The notes: generated by a model from the sequence alone, not told the origin. A DNA stretch of 64,000 nucleotides from Dehalococcoidia bacterium (GCA_965220205.1 OZ244812.1:1447675-1511674), one strand, 5' to 3'. Shown: positions 18,139 through 27,230, counted from the first letter of the stretch. Numbers and translations are program-made.

Positions 18139-21100
18139 ATGACTACACACCTAGACCCAGACGACCCGCGCTATCGGCAAGCCGCCGCCGAGTTGCTCCG
18201 CCGCCACAATCTCTTCGAGGCGGAGGCGAACATCACCAGCGCCGTCCGCGATTTCCTCCTAATCACCGGACTCGCCCAGCCCGACCAGATTCACGAGGAA
18301 CAAGCGCCCGCCAGCGGATCGCCCCACGCCGTTGACCTCGTCGCACTCGACTCCTTCATCGAGGTGAAGCGGAGAGTAAGCGGCCACGGCGGTTTCGACC
18401 CGAATCCCGCCTACGTCGACCAACTGGACGCCTACCTGGAACAGTCCCACGCCCAGGGCGACCCCGGGCGCATGGGCATCCTCACCGACGGCAAATACTG
18501 GCTGCTCCGCTGGGCGGCCGCGGGTGACGTTCACACGACCTACCCATACGCGTTCTGGTTGGAGGATCCGGACCGATGGTTCACTCTCTACGAGTGGCTG
18601 CGCGACAAGGCGCTCGTCTCGTTCGAGGGCGAAATACCCACGCGGGAGAATATCGAAAAGCACTTCGGCGTCGGAAGCCCGGCTTGGGAGCGGGAAATCG
18701 GAGTACTCCGCGCCCTCAGACGCGAAGCTCTCCAGTCCGCTGACCGTTCCCCAACGGTCACCGTCAAGCAAGATCTCTGGCAGACCCTCCTCAAGACCGC
18801 TCTCGGCGAGCTCACCAGCTCCCAGGAAGAGCTGGACGACCTTTTCATCCGCCACACCCACCTCAGCATCGCCGTCGGCCTCATCCTCCAAGCCTCCTTC
18901 GGCATAGACATCCGCGAACTGGCGGACCGCGACGCCGCGGACCTGCTGCGGGGACAGCGCTTCCGTGACGACACCGGACTCCAAGGCATCGTCGAGTCCG
19001 ACTTCTTCGCGTGGCCCGCCGAAGTAGGCGGCGAGACCTTGATCCGTGACATCGCCCGCCGCGTCGCCCGGTTCGACTGGCTGCAGGCCCCGCCGGACAT
19101 CGCCGCCATCCTCTACGAGACCGTCATCCCAGCCCATGAGCGCTGGCAGCTCGGCGAGTACTACACACCGCGGTGGCTCGCGCGTTCCATCGTCGGGGAA
19201 CTCGTTGACAACCCCCTCGAACAGCGCGTCCTCGACCCCTCGTGCGGCTCCGGCACGTTCATCGCCGAAGCGATGGCCCACTTCATCACAGCCGCGCGGC
19301 AGGCCAAACTCCCGCCGGAAGAAGCCCTCCGCAGACTCCGCGAGTCCGTCACCGGCATCGACGTGCACCCCGTCGCCGTTCACCTCGCCCGCTCCGCGTG
19401 GGCGCTCGGGGCCAAGCCCCTCATAGAAGACGTTGTGAAGACCGGGGCCGACGCCTCCGTCTCCATCCCCGTCTACCTCGGCGACTCCCTCCTCCTGCGC
19501 CTCCGGGTCGGAGACATGCTGGCCGAGACCGAAATCAGCATCCCCGTCGAGGACGACGAGAACACGACCCTCGTCTTCCCGCGCAGCCTCGTAGACCGCG
19601 CCGACGACTTCGACCGCCTGATGAACGACATTGCCCGCGCCGTAGAAGCCGGGGACGATCCGGCGCTCACGCTCGGCAGGCATGATCTGAAGCCAAGCGA
19701 GCGCGCCGTCATGGAGCAGACGACCGCCACGATGCAGCAGTTGCATGATGAAGGCCGCAACCACATCTGGGCCTACTACACCCGCAACCTCGTCCGCCCC
19801 CTCGCGCTCACCCGCAACCGCAACCGGGTGGACGTGATCGTCGGCAATCCGCCCTGGCTCAACTACCGCAACACCGCCAACATCCTCCGCTCCGAGTTGG
19901 AGCGCCAGAGCAAGAGCGAGTACGGCATCTGGGCAGGCCGCCACTACTCCACCCATCAAGACGTCGCCGGCCTCTTCTACGCCCGCTGCGTCGACCTCTA
20001 CCTCAAGGACAACGGCGTCATCGGCATGGTCATGCCCCACAGCGCCTTGCAGGCCGGCCAATACGCCAAGTGGCGCACCGGCGAATGGCAGTCAACGAGC
20101 GGCGGCCGCGGCTTCACCCGGACCCTCGCGGTCCGCTTCAGCAGCTACAAGACCGCGTGGGACTTGGAACAGCTGGAGCCCAACAACTTCTTCCCCATGC
20201 CCGCGTCCGTAGTATTCGCGCAGCGCGCCGGAGCGAACGCCAAGGCTAGCCCACTCGCCGGACAGGTGGAGCGCTGGTTCGGCAGTCCGGGTTCGCCCCA
20301 CGTGCTGCGGCAGTTGGCCGCCACCACCGACACGTCCGCCCTGGGAGGTTCGCCCTACTCGCAGCACACCATCCAAGGCGCAGTTATCGTCCCTCGCCGC
20401 CTCTTCTTCGTGGAAGAAGTTGCCAGCACCGCCGTCGTCCGCGCCGCCCCCACCGTAACCGTCAACCCGCGCATGGGCACGCAGGACAAGGAACCTTGGA
20501 AGAGCATCGACCTCTCTGCGCTCACTCGTCAGTCCGTTGAGGCCGTCCACCTGTTCGACGTACACCTTGGAGAGACCGTCGTCCCCTACGCCACGCTCCC
20601 CCCGCTCAAAGCCATTCTCCCGCTGAAACGCGGCGATACAAAACTCCCCGTCAACCCGGACGGCGTGGGCGGCGTCAACGTCTCCGCGCTGGCGCAGCGG
20701 ATGCAGGCCCGCTGGCGCACTATCAGCCGCCTTTGGGAGGAGAACAAAGCTCCCGCAACAAAGTTGGATCTGCTTGAGCAGCTCAACTACTACGGCAAGT
20801 TCTCAGACCAACTCAACTGGCAGCGCGAACCTGGAGAACGACCCGTGAGGTTGGTCTACACCTCCGCAGGTGAACCCACCGCCGCGCTGCTCAACAGCGA
20901 CAAGGTCATAGTCGACTACAAACTTTTCTGGGTTTCCTGCCGAGACACCTACGAAGCTCACTATCTGCTCGCCATCATCAACAGCAAGACTTTGTATCAC
21001 GCGGTAACCCCTCTCATGTCCAAAGGCCTGTTCGGCGCGCGCGACCTCCAAAAGCACCTCTGGAAACTGCCCATTCCAGAGTTCGACCCCGCTAAACGCC

Positions 21101-21300
21101 TCCACGCGGCTATCGCAGATGCCGGAGCCACCGCCGCCGAGGGCGCGGTGCAACTCCTCGACCGTCTGCGCGCAAACCGTGGGGACGACCTCACCAGTAC
21201 GTACGCCCGCCGCGAGATACACAAGTGGCTCGCCGCCTCCGAGGAAGGCCGCGCCGTCGAGAAGGCCGTCGGGCGGCTGCTGCGCGCGGCTAGCTTGTAG
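18139..21300 (+). CDS. single-polypeptide Type IIG/IIL (MmeI-like) restriction-modification enzyme: N-terminal PD-ExK-like nuclease + gamma-class N6-adenine DNA methyltransferase + C-terminal target-recognition region
   Basis: ATG 18139 after AAGGAG; AVDLVALDSFIEVKRR (D...ExK); GEYYTPRWLA; motif I VLDPSCGSGTFI; motif IV VIVGNPPWLNY; ~400 aa further C-terminal. Confidence 0.75.
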   Translation: MTTHLDPDDPRYRQAAAELLRRHNLFEAEANITSAVRDFLLITGLAQPDQIHEEQAPASGSPHAVDLVALDSFIEVKRRVSGHGGFDPNPAYVDQLDAYLEQSHAQGDPGRMGILTDGKYWLLRWAAAGDVHTTYPYAFWLEDPDRWFTLYEWLRDKALVSFEGEIPTRENIEKHFGVGSPAWEREIGVLRALRREALQSADRSPTVTVKQDLWQTLLKTALGELTSSQEELDDLFIRHTHLSIAVGLILQASFGIDIRELADRDAADLLRGQRFRDDTGLQGIVESDFFAWPAEVGGETLIRDIARRVARFDWLQAPPDIAAILYETVIPAHERWQLGEYYTPRWLARSIVGELVDNPLEQRVLDPSCGSGTFIAEAMAHFITAARQAKLPPEEALRRLRESVTGIDVHPVAVHLARSAWALGAKPLIEDVVKTGADASVSIPVYLGDSLLLRLRVGDMLAETEISIPVEDDENTTLVFPRSLVDRADDFDRLMNDIARAVEAGDDPALTLGRHDLKPSERAVMEQTTATMQQLHDEGRNHIWAYYTRNLVRPLALTRNRNRVDVIVGNPPWLNYRNTANILRSELERQSKSEYGIWAGRHYSTHQDVAGLFYARCVDLYLKDNGVIGMVMPHSALQAGQYAKWRTGEWQSTSGGRGFTRTLAVRFSSYKTAWDLEQLEPNNFFPMPASVVFAQRAGANAKASPLAGQVERWFGSPGSPHVLRQLAATTDTSALGGSPYSQHTIQGAVIVPRRLFFVEEVASTAVVRAAPTVTVNPRMGTQDKEPWKSIDLSALTRQSVEAVHLFDVHLGETVVPYATLPPLKAILPLKRGDTKLPVNPDGVGGVNVSALAQRMQARWRTISRLWEENKAPATKLDLLEQLNYYGKFSDQLNWQREPGERPVRLVYTSAGEPTAALLNSDKVIVDYKLFWVSCRDTYEAHYLLAIINSKTLYHAVTPLMSKGLFGARDLQKHLWKLPIPEFDPAKRLHAAIADAGATAAEGAVQLLDRLRANRGDDLTSTYARREIHKWLAASEEGRAVEKAVGRLLRAASL

Positions 21301-21438
21301 CTCCCAATCCCATTGCTTACGCCAGAGGCCAACCCTAGCCTCCACCCCAAGCACGCCAGTAGCTCCCCCCAACCGCGACATCCGCCCCTTCCCCCCAACA
21401 CCCCCGCCCCCTAACATCTATGCCTTGGACCTCCCAAG

Positions 21439-21662
21439 AGCCTGTCCTGAGCCCGTCGAAGGGGGCCGCCAGACCCGCTCGCCATCGGTGAACAGTCGGC
21501 CTGATCTACGAGTGGATGGCGCAAAATGGCCCAAAATGGCGCACCTTTGTTCGTCACCCACTCGTAAACCCATGCACTTTACGAGTAAGCATGCCGCGCC
21601 ATCCGGGACAATTCCCCGCCCATCCTCGTCCAATCCCGTCATTCCGATGCGCCAACACGGGA
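21439..21662. repeat. multi-module structured intergenic repeat, copy 1
   Basis: Shares ordered modules with 55141-55368/56416-56458. These are AGCCTGTCCTGAGCCYGTCGAAGGG, YTACGAGT, three tandem ATGKCSCA units, CCACTCGTAAACC, TTTACGAGT, and CCGTCATTCC...ACACGGGA. Confidence 0.7.
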
Positions 21663-21771
21663 CAGGGGGGGGTGAGCCCTCGGTAGCCCCCGCCCGTTAT
21701 CCCCTAGCGACGCCCAGAAAGCAGCCCGCGGCCCCTGACGGCGGTTGCGTTCCCTCTGGTACCCTCGCCCC

Positions 21772-23076
21772 ATGCGCATCCTGCACCTCTCCGACGTCCA
21801 CATCGGCGTCGAGAACTACGGACGGCCTGCCACCGATGCCGACGTCGAGGCGCTGCCGGCTCACTTCGCGCCGGGCGTCGACCGCGCGCAGTACGTCGGC
21901 GTGTCCACACGGCTCCTCGACTTCCTCGGCACCCTCGACGCCGCAGTCGACTACGCCGTCACCGGAGGGATCGACCTCGTCCTATTCGCGGGCGACGCCT
22001 ACAAGTCGCGCGACCCCTCGCAGACGCAGCAGCGGGAGTTCGCCCGCCGCATCGCCCGGCTCAGCGAGGCCGGCATCCCATCCTTCCTGACCGTCGGCAA
22101 CCACGACCTGCCGCACGTCGCCAACCGCGCGACCGCTCTCGATATCTTCCCCACCCTCGCCGTCGCCAACGTGACCGTCGGCGCCACGCTCACGACCTAC
22201 CCCGTGCGCGCCGGCGGGTCGACCGTCCAGATCGTCGCGCTCCCGTGGATACGCATCGGCCAATTCATGGCGAAAGCGGAGACGCGAGACCGCACGCTCG
22301 AGCAGATCAAACAGGACGTCGAGGCCCGGCTCACGGCGCACCTCGACGAAGAGGCCGCCCAGCTCGACCCCGCACTCCCGGCCATTCTCTGCGGACACGT
22401 CACCGTCTCCGGCGCCCAGCTTGCGTCGGAGCGCAGCATGATGCTCGGCAACGACCACACCCTCAGCCTCGGCACAGTCGCCAACCCCGCCTTCGACTAC
22501 GTTGCGCTCGGCCACATCCACAAGCGGCAGGTCCTTACACAGCATCCGCCCGTCGTCTATCCCGGCAGCCTCCAGCGCATCGACTTCTCCGAGGAAACGG
22601 ACGAGAAGGGCTTCTACGTCATCGAGCTCGACCCAGCCAGAGCCCGCGGGGAGCGCATCGTGCGGTACGACTTCGTGCAGGTCGCCGCTCGTCCGATGCT
22701 CACCATCGACGTGCGGACGCGCCCTGACGAAGACCCCACGGACGCCGCGCTCGAGGCCGCCGGCAAGCACGTGGGCGAAGGGCTCGAAGACTCCATCGTC
22801 CGCGTCCGCATCAGCATGGAGGCCGAACAGGAGCCCGCCTTCCGCGAGAGGGCGCTCCGGCAGGCGCTGGCGTCAGCGTTCTGTCTGGCCGGGGTCGAGC
22901 GCCAGGTGCGCCGCGAACGGCGTACGCGCCTGGGCATTGAGGACGGGGAGCAGATCACGCCGGTCGCCGCGCTCCAGCGCTACTTCGCGTCGCGCAACGT
23001 GCCCGAGGACCGCGAGCGCACGCTCCTCGCCCTCGCCGAGCGCCTCATACAGGAAGAGCTTGAGGGCGGCGAGTAG
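21772..23076 (+). CDS. sbcD: exonuclease SbcCD subunit D (Mre11-type metallophosphoesterase)
   Basis: MRILHLSDVHIG, GDAYKSRDP, VGNHD, GHIH motifs; 434 aa; no sbcC follows. Confidence 0.85.
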   Translation: MRILHLSDVHIGVENYGRPATDADVEALPAHFAPGVDRAQYVGVSTRLLDFLGTLDAAVDYAVTGGIDLVLFAGDAYKSRDPSQTQQREFARRIARLSEAGIPSFLTVGNHDLPHVANRATALDIFPTLAVANVTVGATLTTYPVRAGGSTVQIVALPWIRIGQFMAKAETRDRTLEQIKQDVEARLTAHLDEEAAQLDPALPAILCGHVTVSGAQLASERSMMLGNDHTLSLGTVANPAFDYVALGHIHKRQVLTQHPPVVYPGSLQRIDFSEETDEKGFYVIELDPARARGERIVRYDFVQVAARPMLTIDVRTRPDEDPTDAALEAAGKHVGEGLEDSIVRVRISMEAEQEPAFRERALRQALASAFCLAGVERQVRRERRTRLGIEDGEQITPVAALQRYFASRNVPEDRERTLLALAERLIQEELEGGE

Positions 23077-23143
23077 CCCGGAACCGGCCAGCTGTACACA
23101 CGCTAGCGGCCCGTCCGCGAGGACGCCCATGCCCTCCCGCCGA

Positions 23144-23172
23144 TTGACAACGGCCTAGCGGAGTGCTTTATT
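23144..23172 (+). promoter_or_regulatory. candidate sigma70-type promoter of the Rieske dioxygenase operon
   Basis: TTGACA (23144-23149), 17-nt spacer, TTTATT (23167-23172); ~115 nt upstream of the GTG at 23287. Confidence 0.3.
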
Positions 23173-23286
23173 GGCCCCCACGCTAGAGACGGCCCGCTTC
23201 GGTCGACGCGTCGGCCCTCTCCCGCATCGCTAACGGCGGCAACCAGGCTTGCTCAGGGAAGGCCCGAGTAGGGAAGGAGTGATACG

Positions 23287-24684
23287 GTGAACGTCATTAC
23301 GGCACGCGGCGATCGCTCGCTTCGGTCGCTCATCGACACCGACGGAGGTACGGTGAGCCGGGAGTTGTACGTCAACGAAGACATCTTCGAGCAGGAACAG
23401 GAGCAGATTTACGGGCGGTGTTGGCTCTTCCTCGGACACGAGAGCCAGGTGCCGAACCCGGGCGATTTCGTCGTGACGCGCATGGGCACGGAAGAGGTTC
23501 TTCTCGTGCGCGGGCGCAAGGACAAGCAGATCCGCGCCTTCCTGAACTCGTGCGCCCATCGAGGCATGAAGGTGTGCCGCTACGACCAGGGCAATTCGCT
23601 GGTCTTCACCTGCCCGTTTCACGCTTGGACCTACGACACCGCCGGCAAGTTGGTCGGGGCCGCCTACCAGTACGACGCCCGCGCGTATGCCGGTGAGATC
23701 GACAAAGAGCACTGGGGGCTGATGGAAGTGGCCCAGTTCAAGAACTACTACGGGTCGCTGTGGGCGACCTGGGACCCGAAGGCGCCATCCTTCGAGGACT
23801 ACGTCGGGCCGTTCGCCGAAGGCATCCGGTACGACTGCGAGGCCAGCGACGGCGAGGACGCCGGCATCGAGGTGTTCACACCGTTCCAGAAGTGGCGCCT
23901 CCCCACGAACTGGAAGGTCCCTGCGTTCTCATCGTCGACCGACCTGCCGCACGCCGCCATGACTCACCGCTCGGTGAACGCCGCCGCCATCGGCCCCGAC
24001 CGAGGGACCATGGGGCAAGGCGAGCGCCACCGGCGACGGGCGACGCTCCCCGCCAAGCGGTACGCCGTGGGCGACCATAACCTCGGCCACGGCGGCAACT
24101 GGACCGAGTACCAGGAAACCGGAGTGCCCGACTACGTGGATACCTGGTTCGAGCCGGGCGTCGACGAGTACTTCCGCCAGACGCACGAACGTAAGTCGCA
24201 GAAGTACGCGGACCGGGTCCTGCCTCACCACGGCCACGAGGGCGGTCACTTCTGCGTGTTCCCCAACTTCATCATGGACAGCTGGCGGTGGCGCTGGTGG
24301 CACCCGCACACGGTCGGCGTCGTCGAGCGATGGAGCCTGTTCGGCGTGGACAAGAAGGCGCCGCAACACGTGAAGGACGCCGTGCGCCACTACGTCATGC
24401 GGTACAACGGTCCGACCGGCGCCACCGAGTCGGACGACATGGAGAACTGGAACTACGTCTACGCCGCCAGCCGCGGCACGATGGCGCGGAAGCGCAACTA
24501 CTTCTTCGCGAACGGGCTGGGCCGAGGGGTCAGCCACGACGAGTACCCGGGGTTCGTCCTCAACGGCACGCACACCGAGGAGGCGCACCGCGCCCGCTTC
24601 AGCCGGTGGCTCGCGTTCATGGAGGCGGGGAGCTGGGATGAGCTCTACCCTGTCAACAAGCAAGCGGCCCACCGCATCTGGTAG
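23287..24684 (+). CDS. aromatic ring-hydroxylating dioxygenase, alpha (Rieske) subunit
   Basis: CAHRGMKV...CPFHAW Rieske motif; 465 aa with catalytic C-terminal domain. Confidence 0.88.
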   Translation: MNVITARGDRSLRSLIDTDGGTVSRELYVNEDIFEQEQEQIYGRCWLFLGHESQVPNPGDFVVTRMGTEEVLLVRGRKDKQIRAFLNSCAHRGMKVCRYDQGNSLVFTCPFHAWTYDTAGKLVGAAYQYDARAYAGEIDKEHWGLMEVAQFKNYYGSLWATWDPKAPSFEDYVGPFAEGIRYDCEASDGEDAGIEVFTPFQKWRLPTNWKVPAFSSSTDLPHAAMTHRSVNAAAIGPDRGTMGQGERHRRRATLPAKRYAVGDHNLGHGGNWTEYQETGVPDYVDTWFEPGVDEYFRQTHERKSQKYADRVLPHHGHEGGHFCVFPNFIMDSWRWRWWHPHTVGVVERWSLFGVDKKAPQHVKDAVRHYVMRYNGPTGATESDDMENWNYVYAASRGTMARKRNYFFANGLGRGVSHDEYPGFVLNGTHTEEAHRARFSRWLAFMEAGSWDELYPVNKQAAHRIW

Positions 24685-24695
24685 GAGACGAGACC

Positions 24696-24932
24696 GTGGC
24701 TTCGCCGGAAGAGTACAACCTGTCGGGCCCGGAGGGGTCAGTAGTGTTTCGGACCCTGCCGGAAGGGTTGAGCGTACAGCTGGCCGACGGGGCAACGGGC
24801 GAAATCATCGGGAATCCGGGCGATGGCGCCTACCTGCTGCTACGCATCCTGGAGAGCCCGGACCACCCATCCCGGGTTGGCGATGAGGAATACGTCTTCT
24901 TCAGCGACGTGCAGAAGGTCTTGGCCCCGTAG
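24696..24932 (+). CDS. hypothetical small protein between dioxygenase alpha and beta genes
   Basis: 78-aa ORF, GTG start 9 nt after AGGAG, G+C-rich third positions, tight spacing (11 nt after alpha stop); no family recognised. Confidence 0.5.
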   Translation: MASPEEYNLSGPEGSVVFRTLPEGLSVQLADGATGEIIGNPGDGAYLLLRILESPDHPSRVGDEEYVFFSDVQKVLAP

Positions 24933-24958
24933 CGTACTGACTCGAAGGGGGCGCGGGA

Positions 24959-25504
24959 ATGGCGGACGTTACCAGTTCGACAACGAACCTGACGGACCAG
25001 GTCGTCTTGCTCAAGGAGGTCGAGCAATTCCTCTACAAGGAGGCGCTGCTCCTCGACGAGCGTCGACTGACCGAGTGGCTCGACCTGCTGGCGGACGACC
25101 TGCACTACTGGATGCCCATCCGCAGGAACATCAAGTTCGGCGACTGGGACCTCGAGTTCAGCGACCCAAATTCAGAGATATCCTACTTCGACGAGGGGAA
25201 GGACATCCTGGTGGGGCGCGTACGGCAGATCAACACCGGCGTTCACTGGGCCGAGGAGCCGGTGTCGCGCTTCGAGCACCTCGTCACGAACGTGCTGCTG
25301 CTCGGCGTCGACGGCGACGAGGTGCGGGTCAACAGCAAGTTCTTCTGCTACCAGAACCGCTTGCAGGACGAGGTGAACCTGTTCGTCGGGAGACGATACG
25401 ACACGCTGCGCCGTGACCCCGTGACGGCGTTCAAGGTCGTGAAGCGCGAGATCATTCTGGACCAGAACGTCCTGCTTCCCAAGGTGGTCAACACCTTCTT
25501 CTAG
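24959..25504 (+). CDS. aromatic ring-hydroxylating dioxygenase, beta subunit (NTF2-like)
   Basis: FLYKEALLLDERRLTEWLDLLADDLHYWMP... typical beta-subunit N-terminus; 181 aa. Confidence 0.85.
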   Translation: MADVTSSTTNLTDQVVLLKEVEQFLYKEALLLDERRLTEWLDLLADDLHYWMPIRRNIKFGDWDLEFSDPNSEISYFDEGKDILVGRVRQINTGVHWAEEPVSRFEHLVTNVLLLGVDGDEVRVNSKFFCYQNRLQDEVNLFVGRRYDTLRRDPVTAFKVVKREIILDQNVLLPKVVNTFF

Positions 25505-25534
25505 CCGGTCCTTGGCGGGCAAGCGAGCGAGCAC

Positions 25535-25861
25535 ATGCGCATCGAGTGGCGGAATCGGAACCACGAGGACGACGCCCTCCTGACCGTCGAGGAGGACAGC
25601 AATACCGTGCTCGACGCGTGGGAGGCCGACGCGGACTCGCTCGCGGACTTCCTGAACAACATGGAACGCGTCGACGCCCAGAGAGGCCGTGGCGTCGTCG
25701 ACGGCAGTCAGCGCGACCCTCAGCAATGGGGCGGCCTCGTGGTCGCCCGGTCGGACAACGGCGACGTGCTGAGCATCGACCCCGAGCTCTACTGGGACCG
25801 CGTGACCTACTGGTTCCGGTCCCGGGGCTCAGACCCGCACCCGTGGCGCGGCGGCAGATAG
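25535..25861 (+). CDS. hypothetical protein
   Basis: 108-aa acidic ORF in operon position after the beta subunit with a coding-like codon pattern; no family recognised. Confidence 0.4.
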   Translation: MRIEWRNRNHEDDALLTVEEDSNTVLDAWEADADSLADFLNNMERVDAQRGRGVVDGSQRDPQQWGGLVVARSDNGDVLSIDPELYWDRVTYWFRSRGSDPHPWRGGR

Positions 25862-25952
25862 GCGGGACGCCCGCGCTCCCCAGCTGCGCCGTTGACACTC
25901 CCGTCGCCACGGTGATACACCGAGCGCGCATTCGAGCACGGAGGGATTCGCC

Positions 25953-27230
25953 ATGACATCCAATCGTTCGTTGGGCATCGCCATGGTCGGCATCGGCGTC
26001 GGCGGCACAGAGATGCTCCCCGCTTTCGAGCAGATGGAGACGTTGGACCTCGTAGCGGGCGCGGACATCAACCCGACGACCCGCGAGCGGTTCACGGCCC
26101 GCTATGAGGCGAGGGCCTACGACAGCATCGAGGCGTTGTGCGAGGACAAGGACGTCGAGGCCGTCTGGATATCGACGCCCAACCGCTTCCACGCCCCCCA
26201 TACGATCTACGCGCTCGAACACGGCAAACACGTGATCGTCGAGAAGCCCATGGCGCTGAACTTGGAAGAGGCCATGGCGATGCGCGACGCCGCAAAGCGC
26301 ACGGGGAACGTGCTCATCGCAGGCCACACGCGCAGCTTCATCCCGCCGTTCCGCAAGATGTACAGCGTCATCCAGTCAGGCGAGCTGGGCGCGGTGCGGT
26401 CGATCAACTTCTTCGCCTACACCGACTGGCTGCTCAGGCCACGCGTGTCCGAGGAGCTCGACCTGGCGCAGGGCGGCGGCCTCGTTTACCGCCAGGGTCC
26501 GCACCAGATCGACACGGTGCGCCTGCTCGGCGGCGGCATGGTGAAGAACGTCCGCGGCGTCGTCGGCCAGTGGATGCCCGAGCGGTCTATCCCCGGCTAC
26601 TACTCGGCCGTCATGGAGTTCGAGAACGGCGCGTTCGCCACTATCGTGCACGACGGGCACGGCTACTTCATGGGGGCGCAGCTCGTGCCGTGGGGTCACG
26701 ACCGCCAACGCTACGACGAGGCTGAGCGCATCCTGGTCCGCGACGGGCTCATCACCGGCACGCGCAACGAGGAGCAGGACAAGCAGGACATCCGCATAGG
26801 CGGCGCGCGCGAGGTGGAGATATTCAAGCGCGAGGGAGTGAACCGCAACCCGGACGGCGAGCCGTGGGTGCCCGGCGAGCCCGGGTTCGTGGTCGTCTCG
26901 TGCGAGCGTGGGAACATCACCCGCACGGCCTACGGCATCATGATCTACGACAACAAGGGGCACCACGAGATCCAGCTGAAGGCGCCGGCCGGCTGGGCGA
27001 TGAACCGCCGCGCGGAGCTCCAGGAGCTCTATGACGCCGTTGTCAACGGCGCTCCCGTCTACCACACTCCCGACTGGGGCATCGCCACGCTCGAGGTCAC
27101 TCTCGGCATCATCGAGTCGGCGAAGACAGGGAAGGCCCTGGACATGCAGCACCAAGTGCCGGTGGCGCCGAACTACGGCGACGCGAAGATTTTCGACCTG
27201 CCGCCCTCCCAGGCCGGCGTCTTCGTGTAA
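25953..27230 (+). CDS. Gfo/Idh/MocA family oxidoreductase
   Basis: N-terminal Rossmann LGIAMVGIGVGG, EKPMALNLEEA motif; 425 aa. Confidence 0.85.
   Translation: MTSNRSLGIAMVGIGVGGTEMLPAFEQMETLDLVAGADINPTTRERFTARYEARAYDSIEALCEDKDVEAVWISTPNRFHAPHTIYALEHGKHVIVEKPMALNLEEAMAMRDAAKRTGNVLIAGHTRSFIPPFRKMYSVIQSGELGAVRSINFFAYTDWLLRPRVSEELDLAQGGGLVYRQGPHQIDTVRLLGGGMVKNVRGVVGQWMPERSIPGYYSAVMEFENGAFATIVHDGHGYFMGAQLVPWGHDRQRYDEAERILVRDGLITGTRNEEQDKQDIRIGGAREVEIFKREGVNRNPDGEPWVPGEPGFVVVSCERGNITRTAYGIMIYDNKGHHEIQLKAPAGWAMNRRAELQELYDAVVNGAPVYHTPDWGIATLEVTLGIIESAKTGKALDMQHQVPVAPNYGDAKIFDLPPSQAGVFV

Noticed and set aside
18259-20061. 600-aa ORF antisense to the R-M gene (and similar long antisense ORFs at 7359-8642, 9203-10315, 22502-23158, 55435-56574, 5268-6449, 3981-5012)
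   Set aside because: These are typical high-G+C shadow ORFs: Arg/Gly/Ala/Asp-rich low-complexity translations with no motifs, each fully overlapping a sense ORF with clear family signatures.
21410-21420. 11-nt match (CCTAACATCTA) to the right end of the IS481-type element, suggesting a solo IR relic beside repeat copy 1
   Set aside because: The match does not extend into the rest of the 28-bp IR and the flanks are unrelated. This is too short to call without genome-wide data.
21119-22090. 323-aa plus-strand ORF spanning the end of the R-M gene, the repeat element and the start of sbcD
   Set aside because: It is Pro/Ser/Thr-rich low complexity, crosses a repeat, and overlaps two well-supported genes out of frame.
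21300-23076. Functional linkage of the R-M enzyme, the structured repeat and sbcD as one defence system
   Set aside because: The genes are separated by a 470-bp repeat-bearing gap. The SbcD sequence looks like the ordinary housekeeping type, and no known system combines these parts. Adjacency alone is insufficient.
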